64,000 nt of DNA from Candidatus Nomurabacteria bacterium. GTDB lineage: Bacteria > Patescibacteriota > Saccharimonadia > Saccharimonadales > CAIOMD01. A program made the position numbers and the translations under genes. Of this stretch, positions 1-9,846 are shown in pieces (within the stretch, counting starts at the first letter, position 1; every line of letters begins with the position of its first letter). The stretch is from positions 8,446-72,445 of the forward strand of contig JACKGO010000008.1 in NCBI GenBank assembly GCA_020631975.1, given 5' to 3'. The notes beneath the pieces were generated by a model. It searched no databases and was not told where the DNA came from. It saw only the letters and a program-made list of their open reading frames with translations.

Positions 1-29
1 ACGTGTCTTGCGCTACGCGAGTGGTCAAA

Positions 30-296
30 CTATTTTCGTAAGCCTAGTTTTTTAACTAATTTTAGATATGCATCAGGGTTAGTGTCAGCAAGGTATTTAA
101 GTAATCGTTTGCGCTTGCCAACCAATTGCAAGAGTCCGCGACGAGCCATATAATCGTGCTTATTGACCTTTAAGTGCTCCGTTATTTCGCTTATGCGAGC
201 TGTCATAATACTAACTTGCACCTCTGGTGAGCCTGTGTCAGTTTTGTTCTTCTGGTGCGCCTTAATAATATCGGTTTTCTTATCTGTAGCAATCAA
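30..296 (-). CDS. rpsO: 30S ribosomal protein S15
   Basis: 88-aa ORF with the full-length S15 pattern (GSPEVQVSIMTARISEITEHLKVNKHDYMARRGLLQLVGKRKRLLKYL). Confidence 0.95.
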   Translation of the reverse strand: MIATDKKTDIIKAHQKNKTDTGSPEVQVSIMTARISEITEHLKVNKHDYMARRGLLQLVGKRKRLLKYLADTNPDAYLKLVKKLGLRK

Positions 297-370
297 GTAG
301 TGTTCCTCTTTCGTCTAGATTAAATAGTTAGTATTGATGGCGTTAGTTGTATTCTAACAGATATACTATT

Positions 371-1081
371 TTATTTCAAGTCTATTTGTAGGTAGCTTTG
401 TATCGTTTCTGTATTCAATTCGCCTAAGGGTACCGCCTCTTCTAGCATGTAGGAACCAATTTTTGTTCGCCGTAAATCACTCATGTATGCACCGGTGCCT
501 AATTTGTTGCCAATATCTTCTACCAGACTGCGTATGTACGTACCACTACCAACATGTGTCGTAAAGGTGACGAACGGGTATGTATACGAATTAAGTTCAC
601 TACTATGCACCATAACTGGGCGTGGTTGCATCGTAAACTCTTTGCCTTGGCGTGCCAAATCGTATGCTCGGCGGCCATTCAGTTTTAAGGCACTAAACAC
701 TGGTGGAGTTTGCATCATACTACCAGTAAAAAACGTAATTACATCATGCACTTCTTGTTGTGTTGGCACATACGCGTTCCCTGCAGAAATCTCACCTTCT
801 TTATCGCCAGTAGATGAAGTTTGGCCAAGTTTCATTGTCACAAAATATGTTTTATCTTGTTTCATAAGCAGAGGCACTTTTTTAGTATATGAGCCCACTG
901 CAAGAATCAGTAATCCTGTCGCCGCTGGGTCTAGCGTACCAGTGTGACCTACCTTAATTTTTTTGATTCCTGTTTTAGCGCGTACAATACCGCGAACTTT
1001 CGCAACAACCCCAAAACTGGATATTCCTGCTGGCTTATCAATTAACAATAACCCTTCTATCATCTGTTTATTGTACCCCAA
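371..1081 (-). CDS. truB: tRNA pseudouridine(55) synthase TruB
   Basis: 236-aa ORF with the TruB catalytic motif HTGTLDPAATGLL. It sits in the classical truB-rpsO neighbourhood. Confidence 0.9.
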   Translation of the reverse strand: MGYNKQMIEGLLLIDKPAGISSFGVVAKVRGIVRAKTGIKKIKVGHTGTLDPAATGLLILAVGSYTKKVPLLMKQDKTYFVTMKLGQTSSTGDKEGEISAGNAYVPTQQEVHDVITFFTGSMMQTPPVFSALKLNGRRAYDLARQGKEFTMQPRPVMVHSSELNSYTYPFVTFTTHVGSGTYIRSLVEDIGNKLGTGAYMSDLRRTKIGSYMLEEAVPLGELNTETIQSYLQIDLK

Positions 1082-1111
1082 GTCTGCCGTGGGAGTATGT
1101 ACATTAAAATG

Positions 1112-3094
1112 TTAGCGTGGTTGTGGTGGTTCGTTGCTTGGTTCGTATACTTCAGCACCAGGTATTGGGAACTGTGGTGGCATTATGGGTGGTGGCACAC
1201 TTGGTGGTGGGTCTGTTGGCTCTTGCTCTGGAGCGGGCTGTGATTGCCCACCATCACTTGGCGGCACTTCTGAATCTAGCGGTACAAACTGAGCACCTAT
1301 GTTTTGTTGAGGTGGTTCATACTCAGAAGGGCCAGCTTGGCTTATAGCCTCCATAACAGCTTGGCGAGCGTCTTCTTCAGACGCACCAGCTACTTCATTT
1401 ACCTGGTTTTCAAAGTTTTCTACATTAGCTTCAATTTCTGATAACGTATTGTCTTGGCTTACATTTGGACCAAGTGGAATATTTGGCTTGGTACCAGTTT
1501 CGCCATCGTCGCTCAAGCGCGTGTCTTCTGTTGTAGGCACCTCGGTAGCTCTCGGTGATTCAGCATCGTGTTGAGTAGATAGTAGTGGCGAATCATCGTA
1601 GTTTTCTGCCACAGGACCTGCCTGTGGAATGCTCGCGAGCGGATCGTCTGCCATTTCTGCTGCATTTGTATCGTTGGTAGCGTTCAGTGGTTTATCAATG
1701 GTTGGTTTATCTTTTAAAAATTTTGAATATGAACCTTCTTTTGCGGGTTCTATACTTGGTAATTCTTCGTCTGTTTGCATAACAAATTCATCTTGCTGAT
1801 TCGCGTCCGTCGGGGCATTTTCTAAATAAGCAGCTTGTTGACCAGTTATTGGGGGGTAGTCTACTTGTTCTACGGGGCTAGGCAATGAAATTTCTGTATC
1901 GTCTGAAGTGTCTGTACTTGGCTGAATCTCTTGGCCCGGAATCGGTGGCTGACTATCTGTGGTTGTTTCTGGTGTTTGTGGTTCTACAGCATCGGTGTTT
2001 TCGGTGGTCGGAGCATCAGGAGAAAGTACTTCATCAACCGTAACACTATCTGGTGCGTCACTTTCTGGCAATGGTTCTATCCGTTTTTCGTGGGTGCTCG
2101 TAGCATGCTTGTTTTGTTGCACTTGTTCTACAACTTCACGCAATTGTTCTGCATTAGAAAATTCACCTTCATCATCTATGTGCACCCGATCATCCTCTAC
2201 TTCTTCTATTGGAACGGTAGGCTCTTCTTGCGTGGGCTCTTCATCATGGTGTAGTGTAATCACACCTTCTTCTTGCTGGGATTCATCGTCATCATCCGAA
2301 GGTTCCGTCAGCTGATCTTCTGGAACTTCTTCTGGCTCTTCTGGTTCTGGTGGAGTTAACTCAGCTGCAATAAGTTGCTGGTTAGCGCCCGCAGCCATTA
2401 ATTGGGCACTCATGGTCATTACTTTAGGTGTCGTTTTTTCATTTTTAAACCTATCTGTCATAGCAACGATACCTGTCAGAAACGCGGTGGCTATTTGATT
2501 GTCTATGGTTCCAGATTTTAGAGATTCACTAATACTCATTAACATTTCGCACAGACTACTCGCATTTGGGTCCTGCCAATTTATACTCCCGACATCGCTC
2601 GTTGCTTCGCCTGCCATGACACTTACAACGGTCGCATCATGTAGTATTCTGCCGTGCGCCATAATTGCTTGGTCTATGTGTTCCCTGTTGTCTACACCAA
2701 GTGCTAAAACGACGTCAACATTGAAATCACCTTGGCTAAAAATTAAATCTTCTTCTGTGAGTTTGGTTTTATATGGTGTGATGAATATTCGCACCACTTC
2801 ATCTTCTACTTTATATCGTAGTTTATCTGCCTTTGCTTTATCTAACGATACGATGAAATCACGCAATGAATCGGTTGTTTGCTCTATTGTGTCTTCTGGT
2901 CTAAGAAACTCTAATGTAGATGGTATTTCGCCACTAAATACTGCCGTGGCTCGTTTATCGAGTTTATTCAATAGTAACGTCAAGCCAATAGCAGCCGAAA
3001 GTTGGTCAATAGAAGGATCAGTACTTACCGTAATAAGTACATTTTGCGCTTCTTTTATACGTTCTACCGCTTGTGCTTTAGCGTTTTGGTCCAT
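1112..3094 (-). CDS. DHH/NrnA-like N-terminal domain protein with a long acidic, Pro-rich disordered tail
   Basis: 660-aa ORF. The first ~250 aa resemble the DHH phosphoesterase fold, but no D-H-H tripeptide is present in that domain. The remaining ~400 aa are E/D/P/T/Q-rich low complexity ending in PPSVPPPIMPPQFPIPG. Confidence 0.5.
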   Translation of the reverse strand: MDQNAKAQAVERIKEAQNVLITVSTDPSIDQLSAAIGLTLLLNKLDKRATAVFSGEIPSTLEFLRPEDTIEQTTDSLRDFIVSLDKAKADKLRYKVEDEVVRIFITPYKTKLTEEDLIFSQGDFNVDVVLALGVDNREHIDQAIMAHGRILHDATVVSVMAGEATSDVGSINWQDPNASSLCEMLMSISESLKSGTIDNQIATAFLTGIVAMTDRFKNEKTTPKVMTMSAQLMAAGANQQLIAAELTPPEPEEPEEVPEDQLTEPSDDDDESQQEEGVITLHHDEEPTQEEPTVPIEEVEDDRVHIDDEGEFSNAEQLREVVEQVQQNKHATSTHEKRIEPLPESDAPDSVTVDEVLSPDAPTTENTDAVEPQTPETTTDSQPPIPGQEIQPSTDTSDDTEISLPSPVEQVDYPPITGQQAAYLENAPTDANQQDEFVMQTDEELPSIEPAKEGSYSKFLKDKPTIDKPLNATNDTNAAEMADDPLASIPQAGPVAENYDDSPLLSTQHDAESPRATEVPTTEDTRLSDDGETGTKPNIPLGPNVSQDNTLSEIEANVENFENQVNEVAGASEEDARQAVMEAISQAGPSEYEPPQQNIGAQFVPLDSEVPPSDGGQSQPAPEQEPTDPPPSVPPPIMPPQFPIPGAEVYEPSNEPPQPR

Positions 3095-3241
3095 TGTTTT
3101 TGGTTTTTAATTAGAGTTTACAATGCCAGCGTATCACGCCGATTATGCTTATGCAAGCAAATTATTGCAAATTTACCAATTTTACAGTATACTTTGCTGT
3201 TGAAGTTTATAACGATAAAGCAATAGTAAAGAAGGAGCTTC

Positions 3242-3667
3242 ATGCCAATTATTAAATCCGCTAAAAAGCGCGTGCGCGTTAGCCAAAAAGCAACAGTACG
3301 AAATGCCAAAACAAGAAGAACAATGAGAGAAACCGTTAAGTCGTTTCATAAAGCAATTGCTGGTGGTAAGTCTAAAGAAATTACAGATGCCCACACACAA
3401 GCAGTTAGCGCTATAGATACTGCTGCAAAAAAGAATGTTATACACAAGAATAAAGCTGCCCGCAAAAAAAGCCAGCTCAGTGCTGCTGCTAAAAAAGCTG
3501 GGGTTAAGCCTGCTGCTGCTAAAAAGCCAGCCGCTAAAACCACTGTTGCCAAAAAACCAGCTAAAACTCCAGTAAAACCTGCTCGTAAAGCTGCTGCAAA
3601 AAAGCCAGCCGCTAAAAAACCGGCTGTTACAAAACCGAAAACATCCAAAAAAAACTCTTCTAAATAG
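3242..3667 (+). CDS. rpsT: 30S ribosomal protein S20 with a Lys/Ala/Pro-rich C-terminal extension
   Basis: The N-terminal ~86 aa match S20 (MPIIKSAKKRVRVSQKATVRNAKTRRTMRE...). The C-terminal ~55 aa are AKKPAAK-type repeats. Confidence 0.9.
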   Translation: MPIIKSAKKRVRVSQKATVRNAKTRRTMRETVKSFHKAIAGGKSKEITDAHTQAVSAIDTAAKKNVIHKNKAARKKSQLSAAAKKAGVKPAAAKKPAAKTTVAKKPAKTPVKPARKAAAKKPAAKKPAVTKPKTSKKNSSK

Positions 3668-3686
3668 TATTCTGTTGTATGCTTTT

Positions 3687-4640
3687 TTAGCTAACCGCTG
3701 ATTGCGTAGGATTAATAATAGACGCGAGTTCTATGAATAAAGCATGGATGGCAGAGTCTGCTTTAGCCTTGCCAGTCTTTATGGTTGTGTCTGTTGCAAT
3801 GACAGCGTCTAGTAGAGCTACCATTTGTTTCTTAGAAATTTTTTTAGCAATAGTCATGTTCTTCCTTATAACAAACGGGTTAAGTTTGGTTTTTTTGGCG
3901 ATATCATCTGCGGGCAGCTGACGTGATACAACAGTAATAGCTAAACTATGCAGCTGCCATATAATCATACCCAAAATGGCTTGCGGTTCCATGCCTTGAG
4001 CCCGCTGCTCATAATACATTCGTGATGCGCCACCAACATTCCCCTGCATAATAGCATCTAGCATCGCAAACACACTGCTACTTGGTGTAACGTGTGTCAT
4101 TTCTCGTATAAGATCGGTACTGATTGTAGTGTCTACTAAAATAAGCTTGACGAGCTCATTATGAATAAGCTGCTGGTTATGGCCGACTCTATCAAGCAGT
4201 AGCTGTGCATCTCGCGGGGCGATTGTACCGCCAAGCTTCGCAGCCTCTTGTACCACCCAGCCTTGTAATTGTGGTCCTTCTATAGATTCAAAATGTTTTA
4301 CTTCGTTTACCTGCTTCTTAAGTGTTTTCGCAAATACACTACGAGCATCTAAGTGTGATTCTATAAACAAAACATCAGTGGTATCGGCAATCCTGTTAAG
4401 TAGGGTTTCTATAGCGAGGGCGAGCTCCTTATTGCTACTTACGTATCGTAAAACCACTAAGCGCTTAGGCGATAAAAACGGCACGGTAGTAACAGCATCT
4501 ATAGCATCCGCGGGTTCTGCCATTTCTGTGTCTATAACATCTACCGCCATGTCGCCATTAACAGCAATAAAAGAACCGAGCAACGCCTTTACGGCTGCAT
4601 CTCTTTCTTGGGTGTTTTCTCCGTAATATAAATATGTCAT
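3687..4640 (-). CDS. holA: DNA polymerase III subunit delta
   Basis: 317-aa ORF. The N-terminus YLYYGENTQERDAAVKAL and the overall length fit the HolA family. The stop abuts the start of mutM. Confidence 0.65.
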   Translation of the reverse strand: MTYLYYGENTQERDAAVKALLGSFIAVNGDMAVDVIDTEMAEPADAIDAVTTVPFLSPKRLVVLRYVSSNKELALAIETLLNRIADTTDVLFIESHLDARSVFAKTLKKQVNEVKHFESIEGPQLQGWVVQEAAKLGGTIAPRDAQLLLDRVGHNQQLIHNELVKLILVDTTISTDLIREMTHVTPSSSVFAMLDAIMQGNVGGASRMYYEQRAQGMEPQAILGMIIWQLHSLAITVVSRQLPADDIAKKTKLNPFVIRKNMTIAKKISKKQMVALLDAVIATDTTIKTGKAKADSAIHALFIELASIINPTQSAVS

Positions 4641-4641
4641 G

Positions 4642-5523
4642 CTACGCTACTTTATACAGTTTTTGGCACTTTTTGCATATGTGCGTGCCCCTGCCTGCTA
4701 CTTTTATCTTTTCTATTATACTGCCACAACCGTTTGGGCAGATGTTTCCTTCTTGTCTAAATACTTTTGCAAAACTCATGTAACTACCCTTTTTGCCTTC
4801 TGCATTCACATAGTTTTTATCAGTTGATCCACCTTTATTAATACTTAGTTGCAAAACATGCACTACCGAATCGTGCAATAGATTGATACGCCGCTTAGGG
4901 ATTGCTCCGACGATGCTTTTTGGGTGAATACCAGCCATAAACAACGATTCATCGGCATAGATATTGCCAATGCCAGCTACGACAGTCTGGTCTAGAAGCG
5001 CTGCTTTGATGTTCGTGTTTTTACGGCGCAGTAATTGGTCCTGAAATACCTGCAGAGTAAAGCTAGGTTCTAGTGGTTCTGGGCCAACTTTTTTCATAAA
5101 ATCAATATTTGGTATTTCTAGCGTAGGGATAAGCCTCATCCAGCCAAATTTACGTTGATCGTTAAAAAATAGTTGGGAATTATCTGCAAAAGTTATGGTG
5201 ACTCGCGTAGATTTATCTGGTAAATCTCCTACTAAGCTATCATTCGGGTGACCTGCACCAAATGTTTGTTCACCGCGGTATACCAACTGCCCCGTCATTT
5301 TTAAATGAATAACTAAGCTATAGTCTGTGGATACATCTATCATGAGCACCTTGGCTCTGCGCCGGACGTTTTGAATGCGTGCGTTTAGTATAAAGGCCGC
5401 TGTTTGCTGCGGATCATTAGGAAAACTTTTTGGCCAATCGAACGAAACATTAACAATGGTTTTACCAATGATTAACTTTTTCAAACCTATTCTCACTGTT
5501 TCTACTTCTGGTAACTCTGGCAT
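4642..5523 (-). CDS. mutM: formamidopyrimidine-DNA glycosylase
   Basis: N-terminal MPELPEVETV catalytic motif, and a C-terminal zinc finger (CPNGCG...CKKCQ). Confidence 0.9.
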   Translation of the reverse strand: MPELPEVETVRIGLKKLIIGKTIVNVSFDWPKSFPNDPQQTAAFILNARIQNVRRRAKVLMIDVSTDYSLVIHLKMTGQLVYRGEQTFGAGHPNDSLVGDLPDKSTRVTITFADNSQLFFNDQRKFGWMRLIPTLEIPNIDFMKKVGPEPLEPSFTLQVFQDQLLRRKNTNIKAALLDQTVVAGIGNIYADESLFMAGIHPKSIVGAIPKRRINLLHDSVVHVLQLSINKGGSTDKNYVNAEGKKGSYMSFAKVFRQEGNICPNGCGSIIEKIKVAGRGTHICKKCQKLYKVA

Positions 5524-5609
5524 GCTTTTAGTCTACAGCAGACTACTGGCAGATTACAGCTTAAGAACTACTGTTTACGTACGTCTCGCAACTCGTTACT
5601 ATTAAGTAG

Positions 5610-5846
5610 ATGGACAGTATTAAAGATTTACTTGCTAAAAAAGACGTAGACGAACCAACAGAAGTAACTGCTCTAAAGCACTATTGCAAGCAGCAGTTTA
5701 ATTTCACTGCTAAGATTTCTCTTAGAAATGATATTTTATGGCTCAGTGTACCTAACGGCATACTAGCCACCGAACTACGTATGCGCCAAACAGATATCAT
5801 TACCCGTTGTGGTATTACCAAAAAATTTCGTATTAAAATTGGTTAG
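5610..5846 (+). CDS. small DUF721/DciA-like protein (tentative)
   Basis: 78-aa ORF. The pattern ILWLSVPNGILATELRMRQTDIITRCG resembles the DUF721 core. Assignment is by eye only. Confidence 0.35.
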   Translation: MDSIKDLLAKKDVDEPTEVTALKHYCKQQFNFTAKISLRNDILWLSVPNGILATELRMRQTDIITRCGITKKFRIKIG

Positions 5847-7000
5847 TCGTTACGTTTAAATAAATCTATCTCTACATCTGTCATACTCATGGTATCGGTA
5901 GGTCGTAAATGAGCTCGCATTGCAAGCGCATTTTTCATATTTACTTCTAACCTACCTGAGCGCCTATCATCAACATCCATAGCGATATTTCTCATAATTC
6001 TAGCCACAATATCAGCTTGGTGCAGGGTCATATTATGGCCCGCGCCAGGAATTATGACTGTCCCTGCAAAAGGTATAGGCTGTATATCTTGTGTAACAAT
6101 GTCTGTTGGGAACATTTTATCTTTTTCGCCCAATATCAAAGTTGTGGGTATGCCGTAGTCGGCCATAATATCCCATAATGATTTTTCTAAACGGCTCGTT
6201 GCCGCGTAGCCACCTTCGTAAATGGTAAGGGCTGGGTTTTCTGCTATAAAGAGTACCGTATTAACTGCCATTCGGGCGAGTTCACGTACGTTATGAAACA
6301 CCTCTGCTCTTTCGCCAACAACTGTGGCCGCAACTCGCGGAATTATCCCACCAACAGAATCGTTTATCATCACACCACCAGGACCTGCAAGCGAGAGCGA
6401 CTTAACGTGCTGTGGTGCTGCTTTTGTTGCCATCGTAACGTCAATTCCACCTAAGGAATGTCCAAGTAAATGCAAGTCAAAGTTTTCTTCACGCAGTCTA
6501 TCCGTTACTGCCAGTAAATTGTCGCGGCGAGATTTACCTGCAGACACAGCAGCACTAAACAGCGTTTTTCTATCATCTTCATCGGCAACTTGATCTGCGA
6601 GCATATCAATCAATACACCTTCGGCACGCTCTAGGTCTTTTTCTTCCCAAATGGCATTAGAAAGTTCTTGCCAGTTCGCCCGAAGATTGCGGCTAGCTAC
6701 AAGCAGTGACCATAAATCACGCAGGGCTCCACGGCGGGGATGATTAAAACATGCTGCATGTAAACCAACCCGGCCAATAGACCTGGCTTGTTTGTCTAAC
6801 CGGGTTTCGGTCCAGCCAGATTCGCACAAAACAAGCTCTCTTTCAAGCGGATTATTTGCAGGGGTTTCTGGGTGATACAAAAGAACCGAAATGTCTTGCT
6901 TGCGGAATGATGAGGTTTTTATGGTAATTTCTTCGTGGCGAATGGGGTATGAACTATGTGAGCTAGGTTGCTCCAGAAGCCACGGGTCTTCTCTGTTCAT
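5843..7000 (-). CDS. alpha/beta hydrolase
   Basis: 385-aa ORF with the nucleophile elbow GHSLGG, and a late GAGH motif compatible with the catalytic His. Confidence 0.65.
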   Translation of the reverse strand: MNREDPWLLEQPSSHSSYPIRHEEITIKTSSFRKQDISVLLYHPETPANNPLERELVLCESGWTETRLDKQARSIGRVGLHAACFNHPRRGALRDLWSLLVASRNLRANWQELSNAIWEEKDLERAEGVLIDMLADQVADEDDRKTLFSAAVSAGKSRRDNLLAVTDRLREENFDLHLLGHSLGGIDVTMATKAAPQHVKSLSLAGPGGVMINDSVGGIIPRVAATVVGERAEVFHNVRELARMAVNTVLFIAENPALTIYEGGYAATSRLEKSLWDIMADYGIPTTLILGEKDKMFPTDIVTQDIQPIPFAGTVIIPGAGHNMTLHQADIVARIMRNIAMDVDDRRSGRLEVNMKNALAMRAHLRPTDTMSMTDVEIDLFKRND

Positions 7001-7037
7001 AATTATCTAGTGGTATATTATACCATGTTTAGCAAAC

Positions 7038-7616
7038 TTATTGTATTAAATATATACGAAGAGTTTGTTTTAAATTGTCTAATGTTGTAAAACAAATAGC
7101 CTGCATACCAGCAGCGCGTGCACCTTCGCAATTAGATTCTGAATCGTCTATCATAATACATTCGCTGACATCTACGCCAAGCTTGTGCGCCATAAGCTCA
7201 AATATTGCCCGTTCTGGTTTGGCTAATTGTGCATCATAGCTGGTAACTACCTCGTCAAAATGATGAACAATTGGTTCAATAAATTTTGTATACGCGTCTT
7301 GCCCTACGTTACTAAGGAGCCCAACTTTATAATCTTTTTTTAATGATTCCACAAGAGCCAAAACAGCATAAGAATTACGAAATCTCTGTTCAGATGTGTA
7401 GTATTTTTTTATAAATTTTTCGTATGGCAACCCAATAATACGTGCGTACGTTTGCAAAAATTCTTGGTCACCGACAAAGCCGTTATCAAATGCTTTGTGT
7501 AAATCATGCAGTTGTGCGTTTTGCGCTTCTGTATATGTATAGTCTTCACCAACGAGCTGGTAGGTAGACTGCCCTACAACGCCAAAGAAATCAAAAATTA
7601 TTGCTCGGTATATCAT
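7038..7616 (-). CDS. HAD-superfamily hydrolase
   Basis: 192-aa ORF with motif I IIFDFFGVV near the N-terminus, motif II LLSN and motif IV IDDS. Confidence 0.65.
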   Translation of the reverse strand: MIYRAIIFDFFGVVGQSTYQLVGEDYTYTEAQNAQLHDLHKAFDNGFVGDQEFLQTYARIIGLPYEKFIKKYYTSEQRFRNSYAVLALVESLKKDYKVGLLSNVGQDAYTKFIEPIVHHFDEVVTSYDAQLAKPERAIFELMAHKLGVDVSECIMIDDSESNCEGARAAGMQAICFTTLDNLKQTLRIYLIQ

Positions 7617-7673
7617 TGCACTATTGTAGCACTACCCTGTGGCGTTACGTGCGCTGCATATAAGGCACAACAG

Positions 7674-8108
7674 CTACACACCTGTGCTGCCATAGCCCCC
7701 TTGGCCACGACCGGTAGTATCAAGATTATCTACAGTTTTCCAGTGTATACGTTCGGTTTGCGCCAGCACAATTTGGGCAATTCTATCACCATTTTTAATA
7801 GTAAACGAATCTTTAGAGTAATTAATCAGTATCACCCCTAGTTCACCACGGTAATCTGAATCAATTGTCCCTATACCATTTACGAGACCTATGCCATGCT
7901 TGGCAGCTAACCCGCTTCTGGCGCGCACCTGAATTTCGTACCCACGTGGAATTGCCATAGCAAAACCACACGGAATAGTAGCACGGTCTAAATGCCCCAA
8001 AACTACTGGCTCATCAATGGCTGCACACACATCCATACCTGCACTATCGTCTGTCTGGTATTGTGGTAAAACCGCATCTGCACGGAGCTTTTTGAATAAT
8101 ACGTTCAT
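7674..8108 (-). CDS. dut: dUTP diphosphatase
   Basis: 144-aa ORF with dUTPase motifs AGMDV, RSGLA, GTIDSDYRGE and GGYGSTG. Confidence 0.9.
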   Translation of the reverse strand: MNVLFKKLRADAVLPQYQTDDSAGMDVCAAIDEPVVLGHLDRATIPCGFAMAIPRGYEIQVRARSGLAAKHGIGLVNGIGTIDSDYRGELGVILINYSKDSFTIKNGDRIAQIVLAQTERIHWKTVDNLDTTGRGQGGYGSTGV

Positions 8109-8251
8109 CGGTTACTATTGTGCCACACTTGCGCGAAATTGTAATGCGCAATAAAGATAAATTAATTATTTTGTAAGCGTCATTTCATATATATTAATAA
8201 TACGCTTAGCGCAAATGAATGCTACAAACTACGCTATAAAATTAAACGATT

Positions 8252-8839
8252 TTAAAGGTTAATACCCTTGGTGAGCGTTGCGTAATCTGGAATTTGATTT
8301 TTAAACAGCGTCTTTACATTGCCAGCATTACCAGCAAAGGTACCTGCTCTTCTGTTACATGATGCGCTCCAGCTATTTAATACTGGGTCTGTAAGATCGT
8401 TGCCTGCAATATAGGAATAGCGAATACCCAAAGGACAATAGCTTGTACGATCTACGTTATCTGTATTATCTCTAGTGCTGAAGAATCCCACATTCTTTAG
8501 CGCACTGTAGTATGCATCATACGACGCTTGGTTGTTTATATAGCTCTCTGAACGCATTGGACCTACATTGTAGCCGTTATATATGTCTATTCGGCGACTT
8601 GTAGCATTTACTGTAATAACAATTGAATAATGCTGCTCTGGGCCGGTAATTTCACCATCTTGAACGTAGCGTACATTCTGCAGCTGTTCTTGCTGGGCAG
8701 TTGCTTCTGGTGTCGTTGGTTGGGCAGGTTCATTTGATGGCTTGCTTGGGCGGAAAAGCCAAATAATTAACCAAATAAACAAAAACAGCACCAACAGTAT
8801 GAGCACGATGCGGATAATTCTAATAACTCTTGGATCCAT
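8252..8839 (-). CDS. membrane-anchored hypothetical protein
   Basis: 195-aa ORF with an N-terminal TM helix (IVLILLVLFLFIWLIIWLF) followed by an extracytoplasmic domain. No family recognised. Confidence 0.5.
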   Translation of the reverse strand: MDPRVIRIIRIVLILLVLFLFIWLIIWLFRPSKPSNEPAQPTTPEATAQQEQLQNVRYVQDGEITGPEQHYSIVITVNATSRRIDIYNGYNVGPMRSESYINNQASYDAYYSALKNVGFFSTRDNTDNVDRTSYCPLGIRYSYIAGNDLTDPVLNSWSASCNRRAGTFAGNAGNVKTLFKNQIPDYATLTKGINL

Positions 8840-8900
8840 ATTTATATTATATAACTTTTATAAGTATATTTCAACTTCGGCGCGTGTTTTAACTCTTACG

Positions 8901-9452
8901 CTATTGATAGTTAGCATCGACTAGTTCAAAATTCCGCGTTACAACCGCACCAAGCACTGCGTACGTTGTGTCTGCTGTAACGCGTGACGACGCACTTTCT
9001 ACGACAGCTGCCGTGTTTGGCATGTCACGATAAAAAGCCTGCAGTTCTGATTGTAACGTATATACTAATGCTTCTGTGCTATCTGGGCTTTGTAAATGCT
9101 CCAGCATAACTGGGCTAATGTCTGTTGTAGGCTTCTGCACCAACGCAGCTATCGCCTCATACACAGCAGTACCTACACTCGCAGCCCATGCATGTTGCGA
9201 ATCATATAGTTGCTCTATAGTAATTTTTACGATTGGATGCCCTACTCTATACACAGCATTGACCGATTCGGCTGTTTCATGAAAAACGTTTAATACATGT
9301 GGATTGCTTAACATAACCTCGAGCATCTGAGCATTATCGTCTGATAAATCTTGCCGAGGAAAGTCCAACTGTGGCGTTATGCCACCAATAAATGTATTCA
9401 TGGCACTAGTGTACAACGTTGATACTATTGTGCAACCATAAGGGGTTATCAT
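8901..9452 (-). CDS. hypothetical protein
   Basis: 183-aa ORF filling the gap between neighbouring genes. No family recognised. Confidence 0.4.
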   Translation of the reverse strand: MITPYGCTIVSTLYTSAMNTFIGGITPQLDFPRQDLSDDNAQMLEVMLSNPHVLNVFHETAESVNAVYRVGHPIVKITIEQLYDSQHAWAASVGTAVYEAIAALVQKPTTDISPVMLEHLQSPDSTEALVYTLQSELQAFYRDMPNTAAVVESASSRVTADTTYAVLGAVVTRNFELVDANYQ

Positions 9453-9462
9453 CGTGCTATAG

Positions 9463-9840
9463 TTGATGTATATGACTTCGCAAAAACAACGTTGGCCAAA
9501 ATATATTTACCGTGTCGGCGAAGAACCAGACGCCCGCGTGTCACTGGCAAACGAGCGTACTGCACTAGCAGGGCTACGCACCGCATTGGCGCTGGTAGCA
9601 ACTGGCTTAGGAGCGGCCGCCTTAAAAAATAGTGTTTCTGTGCCGGTGGCTTTTAGTGTAGCGGCAATCATTTTATCTATTGGGGGTGCAGTATTGGCGA
9701 TTGTCTCTGTATTCAGATGGGCAAATGTAGAAATAGCCATACGAACAAAAACACCGCTACCGGCACCCAAAGGATTGTTTACCTTAGCAGTGGTTATTTT
9801 GATAGTTGGCATAATTAGTATTTTAGCGATAATAACATAG
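9463..9840 (+). CDS. DUF202 (YidH-like) membrane protein
   Basis: DUF202 signature NERTALAGLRTALA followed by TM helices. Confidence 0.6.
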   Translation: MMYMTSQKQRWPKYIYRVGEEPDARVSLANERTALAGLRTALALVATGLGAAALKNSVSVPVAFSVAAIILSIGGAVLAIVSVFRWANVEIAIRTKTPLPAPKGLFTLAVVILIVGIISILAIIT

Positions 9841-9846
9841 CGTTAT

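Noticed and set aside
483-947. Long antisense or alternative-frame track ORFs throughout the window. Examples: 483..947, 2499..3110, 13326..14024, 24125..24577, 27686..28258, 37669..38178, 51748..52164, 55451..56008 and 56243..56692.
   Set aside because: Each lies entirely within, and opposite to or out of frame with, a well-supported gene such as truB, the DHH-like gene, rpoD, groEL or the permease. They have low-complexity, Ser/Cys/Leu-rich translations and no start signals.
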